Source: Patescibacteria group bacterium UBA5147
GTDB taxonomy: Bacteria > Patescibacteriota > Saccharimonadia > UBA4664
Direction of reading: 5' to 3'
Assembly: GCA_002415345.1 (NCBI GenBank)
Contig: DHXV01000003.1
Span: forward strand, 24,213-88,212
Length of the DNA: 64,000 nt
Part shown: positions 57,883 to 64,000 of the stretch, piece after piece
How the letters are laid out: each line of letters starts with the position of its first letter
How positions within the stretch are numbered: position 1 is the stretch's first letter
Made by a program: the position numbers and the translations under genes
The notes under the pieces: generated by a model
What the model was told of the DNA's origin: nothing
Databases searched by the model: none
The model's input: the letters and a program-made list of their open reading frames with translations, nothing else

Positions 57883-58379
57883 GACGGATATCGTTGGTAT
57901 TATTATTGGCCTTGGCAATTGCCGCCCAAGTCAGCTTGTTGCCTGCCCTGCGTCCGTTAGGGGTCGTACCGGGCATGTTATTAGTGCTGGTAATATTGCT
58001 TGGGCTAAGATCGACAGTGAGTCAGGCCTTGATGTTGGCGTTGTTCGGCGGGGTCATAATGGATCTTTCAAGCGGGTCGGATTTTGGCATTCATACGGGA
58101 ATACTGGTTCTGGCGGCATTGTCGACGGGAATGGTCCGGCGCAGCGGAATTGCCCTGATAGGTCCGCTTGTAGCTATCGGCCTGGTGCTGGTGCTGACCT
58201 TGGTGTCAAACGGCCTGAGCTTGGCAAATATCCTGGGGTCATTGTCATTGGGGTCGGCTGGCACGGTACTGGCAACCCTGCTCGGTGAGCTCGTGATAAA
58301 CTTAACTCTAACGCTTGGGATCCGGCCGATCATCAACCGGTTGGTACCCGACGAGTCGGCGTTGCCGACGATAGCCTAG
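57879..58379 (+). CDS. mreD: rod shape-determining protein MreD
   Basis: 166 aa polytopic membrane protein directly following mreC with 4-nt overlap. Confidence 0.7.
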   Translation: MRRISLVLLLALAIAAQVSLLPALRPLGVVPGMLLVLVILLGLRSTVSQALMLALFGGVIMDLSSGSDFGIHTGILVLAALSTGMVRRSGIALIGPLVAIGLVLVLTLVSNGLSLANILGSLSLGSAGTVLATLLGELVINLTLTLGIRPIINRLVPDESALPTIA

Positions 58380-58389
58380 GGGGGCGGAC

Positions 58390-60429
58390 ATGAAGGGCAA
58401 AATATTCGGATATCTCGAAGGCGGTGGTACGAGAGGCCTCAAATTGAGCGGTGATTTGGCACGTCACGAGGAGTGGACCGAAGCCATCCTCCCGGCGGAC
58501 TCCGAGCGACTGGGAGCCGAGACCGAGACTAACCGCCGGCCCCTCATAGTGTTTGCTGCCATTATCATCGGTGCGATAAGCCTGTTAGGGGTGCGGTTGT
58601 TCGGCCTGCAAATCGTCGGCGGCGACCACAACCTGGCGCTGGCCGACGGCAACCGCACCCGGCAACAAGTGACCCGCGCCCCGCGCGGAGATATCCGCGA
58701 CCGTAACGGCGTGGTCCTTGCCAGCAATCAGGCCAGTTTTGATGTGACCGTGGTCCCGCAGCAGCTCCCCAGGGACGTCGGGGCACGCTCTGCTCTGTAC
58801 GGCCGCGTCGCCGCTACTCTAGGGATGACGCCGGCCGATGTGCAGGCTAAGGCCGAGGTCACCTGTAAGGGTCTTAAACTGAGCTCGGGCTGCCTGACGA
58901 TGCCTATCCCGCAACTCATCGCTGCAAACGTGGAGCGTAACCGTGCCCTGCTGATCGATCAGGACAGCGCAACCCTGCCCGGTTTTTCCTTGGACACCAA
59001 CCCCATCCGCCAGTACAAAGACGATAGCTTGCTGTCGGTATTTTTAGGTTACACGGGGCGCGTAAATGCCGACGAAGCCGTAAATGATCGGACTTATGGT
59101 CCCACTGATCTCATTGGCAAACTGGGACTCGAAAAGCAGTACGAGTCGGTTCTGCGGGGCAAAAACGGCTATAAGCAAACGGAAGTGGATGCCATGGGCA
59201 AGCCGGTTAGGGTGCTGGCAAGCCAGGATCCATCCCCTGGTAGTAACATTATCCTAACGGTCGATATGGCGCTGCAGCGCAAGTTGGCAGAGTCGATCGC
59301 CAAACAAATGGCCGCTTCCGGTGCCAAGCGTGCATCCGGGGTTGCCCTGAACCCCAAGACCGGGGAAGTGTTGGCCGCCGTTTCCTTGCCGAGCTATGAT
59401 AACAATTCGTTCAGCGGCGGCATTTCGAATGACGATTATCAGCGTCTCGTTAAGGATCCCGGTCAACCTCTGTTCAATAAAGTTGTGAGCGGCACGTATC
59501 CTTCCGGCTCGATTATCAAGCCGATTGGGGCGGCAGCCGCTCTGGAGGCAGGTATCGTAACGGTGGCAACATCCGTTTTGGATGCGGGGCAAATTACGGT
59601 CCCGAATAAGTATGATCCTTCAAAACCGTCCATTTATAAAGGTTGGGAAACCGGGCATGGCGGCTTGGGTGTCATGAGCGTACTGACAGCGCTTTCGCGT
59701 AGCTCGGACATCTTCTTCTATAAGGTTATGGGAGGTTTGGTCGGCACCAATGAGGATTTCGCTCGTCCCCTCGGCGTGACGAAGCTCACTGACTACTACA
59801 AATTATTTGGTCTCGGCGCCCGGAGTGGGATAGATCTGCCTAATGAGGCCGTCGGCAGAGTACCGACGCCGGCGTGGAAAAAGGCTTTCTCGGGCGACAG
59901 TTGGTACACCGGAGATACTTATAACATTTCGGTCGGCCAGGGCGATATCTTGGTGTCGCCGTTGCAGATGGTAACGTCGCTGGCAGCCATTGCTAATGAG
60001 GGAACGCTGTATAAGCCTCATTTCCTAAATGCCGTCACGGATTCGTTAGGTAATGTTGTCCAAACGCGCCAACCAGAAATTATACGTCAAAATTTTATTA
60101 GCAAAAGCAACATTGACACGGTGAGGCGGGGAATGTGGATGGCCGTCAACGATCCCAATGGTACGGCATGCTGCCGGATCAAACAGGAGGTGCCGGTAGA
60201 GGTTGCAGGCAAGACTGGAACCGCTGAGACGGTTGTGCACGATGACGGTTCAGGTGCTCTTCTACAAAGCCGCCCCCATGCATGGTTTGAAGCTTTTGCG
60301 CCGTTCAACAATCCCCAAATAGCCATCGTCGTATTGGTGGAGCACTCCGGTGAGGGAGCTGAGTACGCCGCCCCCGCCGTCAGGGAAACCATGTCTTGGT
60401 ATTTCACCCAAGGCGCAGGGAGCAAATAG
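58390..60429 (+). CDS. mrdA: penicillin-binding protein 2 (class B transpeptidase)
   Basis: SGSIIKP (SxxK), SRSSD (SxN-like), KTGTAE (KTG). N-terminal TM anchor. Confidence 0.85.
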   Translation: MKGKIFGYLEGGGTRGLKLSGDLARHEEWTEAILPADSERLGAETETNRRPLIVFAAIIIGAISLLGVRLFGLQIVGGDHNLALADGNRTRQQVTRAPRGDIRDRNGVVLASNQASFDVTVVPQQLPRDVGARSALYGRVAATLGMTPADVQAKAEVTCKGLKLSSGCLTMPIPQLIAANVERNRALLIDQDSATLPGFSLDTNPIRQYKDDSLLSVFLGYTGRVNADEAVNDRTYGPTDLIGKLGLEKQYESVLRGKNGYKQTEVDAMGKPVRVLASQDPSPGSNIILTVDMALQRKLAESIAKQMAASGAKRASGVALNPKTGEVLAAVSLPSYDNNSFSGGISNDDYQRLVKDPGQPLFNKVVSGTYPSGSIIKPIGAAAALEAGIVTVATSVLDAGQITVPNKYDPSKPSIYKGWETGHGGLGVMSVLTALSRSSDIFFYKVMGGLVGTNEDFARPLGVTKLTDYYKLFGLGARSGIDLPNEAVGRVPTPAWKKAFSGDSWYTGDTYNISVGQGDILVSPLQMVTSLAAIANEGTLYKPHFLNAVTDSLGNVVQTRQPEIIRQNFISKSNIDTVRRGMWMAVNDPNGTACCRIKQEVPVEVAGKTGTAETVVHDDGSGALLQSRPHAWFEAFAPFNNPQIAIVVLVEHSGEGAEYAAPAVRETMSWYFTQGAGSK

Positions 60430-60660
60430 CGGCTAATTTACTGACTCAATAACCGCGGTGGATAACCGGATTCAAGACTGTCCACAGGGTCGTTTTATTG
60501 TTTATCGTGGTTATGGTATTTATGGCTCTGGGAAGCATAATAACCCTGTTAAACAATAGTAACTCTTGACGTTACGCGAGCCCTGAGCGAATATAGTAAA
60601 ACAAAACAGATACGCAACTAACGTTTAGAAATTTAAGTCGTCCAACTTGACCGATTGCCT

Positions 60661-60684
60661 AGGGGTTCCCCCGGGGTTTTTTTT
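60661..60684 (+). terminator. intrinsic-terminator-like hairpin in the greA 5' leader
   Basis: aggggttCCCCCGGGGTTTTTTTT, about 40 nt upstream of the greA ATG and about 230 nt after the mrdA stop. Confidence 0.5.
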
Positions 60685-60724
60685 CACTCACCCAGATTGT
60701 TCAAGGCTGATGAGGAGCACAATT

Positions 60725-61204
60725 ATGACTACAACTACAACTACAACTAAAACTGAATTCAGATTAACCGCCGGTGGAATGGCTGCCTTGAAGGCGGAAC
60801 TTCAGGAGTTAACAACCAACAAGCGCGTTGAGATTGCCGAGCGCCTTAAAGAGGCAAAGGCAGATGGCGACCTGAGCGAGAACGCGATGTATGATGCCGC
60901 ACGTGAAGCTCAAGGTTTCATGGAAGGACGGATTTCGGAAATCGAGCATATCCTTAAACATTCTTCGCTGATTTCAAACACCGGTAAGAGCGAAGTTGCC
61001 CTTGGATCCACTGTACACGTGGCCCTTGCGGGAAGTACCCAGAAATACACCATCGTCGGTTCAACCGAAGCCAATCCTGACGAAGGCAAGATCAGTGAGG
61101 AGTCTCTCGTTGGCAAAGCATTGCTCGGCAAGAAGGCTGGTGACGAGGTATCCGTCCAGGTTCCGTCGGGCACCCTCACCTACACGATTCACAAAGTCGA
61201 GTAG
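60725..61204 (+). CDS. greA: transcription elongation factor GreA
   Basis: MTTTTTTTK then coiled-coil with acidic tip (DLSENAMYDAAREAQ) and FKBP-like C-terminal domain. RBS GAGGAG. The tracked ORF begins upstream, inside the terminator. Confidence 0.85.
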   Translation: MTTTTTTTKTEFRLTAGGMAALKAELQELTTNKRVEIAERLKEAKADGDLSENAMYDAAREAQGFMEGRISEIEHILKHSSLISNTGKSEVALGSTVHVALAGSTQKYTIVGSTEANPDEGKISEESLVGKALLGKKAGDEVSVQVPSGTLTYTIHKVE

Positions 61205-61228
61205 CTGAGCGTCGTTCAAAATGGAAAA

Positions 61229-61254
61229 TGACCGCCCATCCGGGCGGTCATTTG
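61229..61254 (+). terminator. rho-independent terminator after greA
   Basis: tgaccgccc-atc-cgggcggtca followed by TTTGAG. Confidence 0.6.
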
Positions 61255-61323
61255 AGTTGGGAGCTCCATTCAATTTTAGTTACCATTCGCTCCGAGGTGA
61301 ATTTTCGGGTAAAATAGGCCTCA

Positions 61324-62897
61324 TGAAACCCCAAAGCAACTATTGGCTCGATGTCGCGGTACGCGAGATCCTTGAGAAATATCCGGAAGGCGAAATCGTC
61401 GTCTCAAGCGGCATCTCGCCCTCAGCCTCTTACCATATCGGCCACTTTCGCGAGATCATGACGGCTGACGCCCTTACCTGGGGTATTAAACAGGCTGGAC
61501 GCAGCGCGCGGCACCTCCACGTCGTCGATAACTTCGACCCCCTGCGCAAACGCTACCATTTTTTACCCGAAAGCTTCGAACAGTACGTCGGTTGGCCGAT
61601 ATCGCTGGTGCCAGATCCGATTGACGCCTGTCGCGACGAGCACAAGACCTATGCCGAGCACTTCTACCGCGAGTTCGAAGGCTACGCCCGCCAAATGGGC
61701 ATCGTGCCCGATGAGGTAGTGCGCTCGTACGAGCAGCTTTATGCCAGCGGCAAGATGGCCTCAAGTATCGAGAAGGCCGTTGAGAATGTCGGGCGAATCA
61801 AGACGATAATGAAGGAAGTCTCCAAGCGCGACCTGCCTGACGGGTGGCTTCCGTTGCAGCTGATGGGACCGAACAAGAGTTTTGCTGAACTTACCTACAA
61901 GAGTATCGATACTAAAGCTAAACGAATTATCGGCATTTCCACCGACGGCATCGAACATAGCCTCGATTACACGGCCGGGGAAGTCAAGATGTACTGGCGT
62001 TTGGATTGGCCGGCCCGCTGGCAGGTACTCGGTGTGAAAGTAGAACCTTTCAGCATCCAGGAACACGGAGCCGCGGGTGGTTCATACGAGACTGGCGTGA
62101 GGTTAGATCGCGAGATTTTCGATTATGAACCTCCTATTCCGGGGGTACGTTACGGCAACATCCATATGCAGGGTGATACCAAGAAGATGAGCTCATCGTC
62201 AGGCAATCTCATCACTCCCGAGCAGGCCTTGCAGATTATGCCGCCGGAAGTACTGCGCTACTTTATTGCTCGCAGTCGGCCCGAGCGGACGCTGTTTTGG
62301 GAGTCCAATCAGGGGCTGATGAAGTTACTGGAGGAATTTGCCCAGGTCGGACAGGCGGTGGACGCGGGGGAGCCGCATGAATTCGCCGAAGCTTACGCTT
62401 TTGCTATGGCTTCCAAGGTGCACAACACTATATCCAGCGTGCCCTTTAATCATCTGATCCAAGTGTGGCAAGCCTCTCGCGGCGACCAGGTCCGTGCACT
62501 CGAAGTTCTTGAACGCACCGATTTCTCCGAGGCCGTTAAGAACGAGTCCGATGTCTTGGAGCGGGAATTCGTCTATGTTGCCAAATGGTTGGAGCTTTAC
62601 GCACCGGAAACCGTGAAATTCAGTGTTCAGGAAGTTTTGCCCCAGGTTGAATTAAGCGAACAGCAGCGTGATTTTCTTGGGAAGCTGGTCGACGCTGTCG
62701 CCGAGAGTGAGTTGGACGGCCAGGGGATGCATCAGGCAATCTATGCCGCAATCGATGCGGCCGGTCTCAAACCAGGAGAAGCCTTTAAGGCATTGTACCG
62801 GGTAATCCTCGGCAAAGACTCTGGCCCCAAGGCCGGATGGTTCCTGGCCTCTCTGGAAAGAGGCTGGCTGGTTGAACGTCTGCACTTGACAAAATAG
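61324..62897 (+). CDS. lysK: class I (archaeal-type) lysyl-tRNA synthetase
   Basis: SGISPSASYHIGHFREI (HIGH region of class I LysRS), KMSSSSGN (KMSKS variant). ATG 61324; the tracked ORF start lies inside the greA terminator. Confidence 0.8.
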
Positions 62898-62979
62898 CGA
62901 AAAAGTACGATTGTAAAGGACGACGGTTGGCCTTCTGCCAGCCCTCGCTCTTTTTTCATAGATCCAGGAGGCGGTACGG

Positions 62980-63183
62980 ATGGGATTTCTCGATCGAGCA
63001 CGTCAAGTTATTACTGCCGGGCAACATGCGGCCGACATCAAGCGGCTTCAGGAAGCGGCGAATCTGCCCGGCAACAACATGCAGGCTCAGACCCGACTTC
63101 ACGTTGCCCACAGCAAGAAATTCCATCAGGGAGTTCGATGCCCCAAGGCAACGAAAGCCCTTCAACCCAAGAAGCGCAAATAG
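62980..63183 (+). CDS. small basic hypothetical protein (67 aa)
   Basis: Strong RBS AGGAGG 8 nt upstream, followed by a good terminator. Lys/Arg-rich C-terminus. No recognisable family. Confidence 0.45.
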   Translation: MGFLDRARQVITAGQHAADIKRLQEAANLPGNNMQAQTRLHVAHSKKFHQGVRCPKATKALQPKKRK

Positions 63184-63197
63184 CGCCCTCCGGCTAT

Positions 63198-63232
63198 GGC
63201 CCGCTTCCGTTCATCGGAAGCGGGCCTTTCTC
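63198..63232 (+). terminator. rho-independent terminator
   Basis: ggcccgcttccg-ttcat-cggaagcgggcc (12-bp stem) followed by TTTCTCG. Confidence 0.65.
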
Positions 63233-63270
63233 GTGCCAAAAACTGCCTGGCGCGGTATACTTGTCCTATT

Positions 63271-64000
63271 ATGATTGATATACGTGAACTCAAAACCAAC
63301 CCGGACCCGTACCGGCAGGCAGCCGCTGCCAAGGGTATCGGAATCGACTCTATCGACCGCATCATAAAACTGGATAATCGACGAATCGAACTGCTCGGTA
63401 CGGTTGAAGCGCTGCGCGCCCAGCTCAACGTCAAAGGCAAGCCGTCGGCTCAGGAACTGGAGACCCTTCAGACCGCCAAAGCCAAACTAGCCGATTTGGA
63501 TGTGAAGCTCAAGGATATTGAAGCCGAGCTGCATCAGGAAAGTCTGCTGGTCCCGAACCTGATTGCGCCCAACACACCCGAGGGCGGCGAGGATAACAAC
63601 CGCGAAGATCGCAGCTGGGGGGAGCATAAATCCTACGAATTCGAAATTAAAGACCACCTGACCATAGCCGAGGCCAACGGCTGGGTCGACTTTGAACGCG
63701 GCGCCAAAGTCGCCGGCTCCAAATTTTATTACCTGCGTGGCTCGCTTGTTCGCCTGGAATTGGCTGTCACACAGCTGGTTTACGATTTGGTTGCCAAGCA
63801 CGGCTTGGAACCGATGCTGGTGCCACACATGGTTAATTCCCGCGTCTTGGAAGCCTCTGGTTACCAGCCGCGCGGTGAGGAGCAGCAATCGTATAAGATC
63901 GAGAATGACGATCTAACCCTGATCGGTACGGCCGAGATCCCGTTGACCGGTTTTTACGGCGATGAAATCCTGCCACTCGAGAAATTGCCCGCCGCCTTCA
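63271..64000 (+). CDS. serS: seryl-tRNA synthetase (N-terminal part, continues beyond window)
   Basis: MIDIRELKTNPD... N-terminal coiled-coil arm, then the start of the class II core (FYYLRGSLVRLELA). Confidence 0.85.
   Translation, partial: MIDIRELKTNPDPYRQAAAAKGIGIDSIDRIIKLDNRRIELLGTVEALRAQLNVKGKPSAQELETLQTAKAKLADLDVKLKDIEAELHQESLLVPNLIAPNTPEGGEDNNREDRSWGEHKSYEFEIKDHLTIAEANGWVDFERGAKVAGSKFYYLRGSLVRLELAVTQLVYDLVAKHGLEPMLVPHMVNSRVLEASGYQPRGEEQQSYKIENDDLTLIGTAEIPLTGFYGDEILPLEKLPAAF

Noticed and set aside
60456-60464. DnaA-box-like GTGGATAAC in the mrdA-greA spacer
   Set aside because: It is an 8/9 match and isolated, which is expected by chance.
61221-61323. Tracked lysK ORF start at 61221, and greA ORF start at 60647
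   Set aside because: Both upstream extensions run through intrinsic-terminator hairpins and lack an RBS. Internal ATGs (61324 and 60725) have RBS and canonical N-termini.
1-64000. Mobile element, integrase, transposase, tRNA or rRNA genes that would mark the 16-40 kb block as a genomic island
   Set aside because: None could be recognised in any intergenic region or ORF. The block is flanked by core genes (rplU, parA) without direct repeats that I could see, so mobility is not supported from this window alone.

Overview
This 64-kb window looks like a reduced monoderm genome, probably Candidate Phyla Radiation / Saccharibacteria-like (inference from gene content and synteny). Most of it is syntenic core genes. 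Left flank: ybeY-dgkA-adk-map, ftsA-ftsZ, nrdR-nrdJ (class II B12 ribonucleotide reductase), ileS preceded by a T-box leader, and a SEDS protein (FtsW/RodA). Right flank: parAB, two tandem signal peptidase I genes, an LCP ligase, HtrA, prfA-prmC, rpmE, rpsB-tsf-frr-uppS-rseP-proS, mreBCD-mrdA, greA, a class-I lysyl-tRNA synthetase and serS. Between about 14.1 and 40.2 kb lies a ~26-kb accessory block that is not core. It encodes a Zn-ribbon membrane protein with a pseudopilin-like C-terminal domain, and seven paralogous signal-peptide proteins that share a C-terminal strand ending in an aromatic residue (three subfamilies). It also encodes three paralogous two-Ig-domain proteins with a C-terminal motif+TM+basic tail (architecture like CscA/DUF916-DUF3324 of WxL loci, but the partners have no WxL motif). 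Two translationally coupled giant proteins are present: a 1336-aa Gly/Thr repeat fibre and a 1473-aa multi-Kelch propeller. Two PKD-domain TM paralogs and two beta-helical membrane paralogs complete the block. Most of its operons carry a recurring CTTATGCT extended -10 motif. I propose this block as a candidate surface fibre/adhesin assembly system. No rRNA, tRNA, CRISPR array, transposase or integrase was seen. All functional calls are from reading motifs in the translated ORFs, not from database searches.
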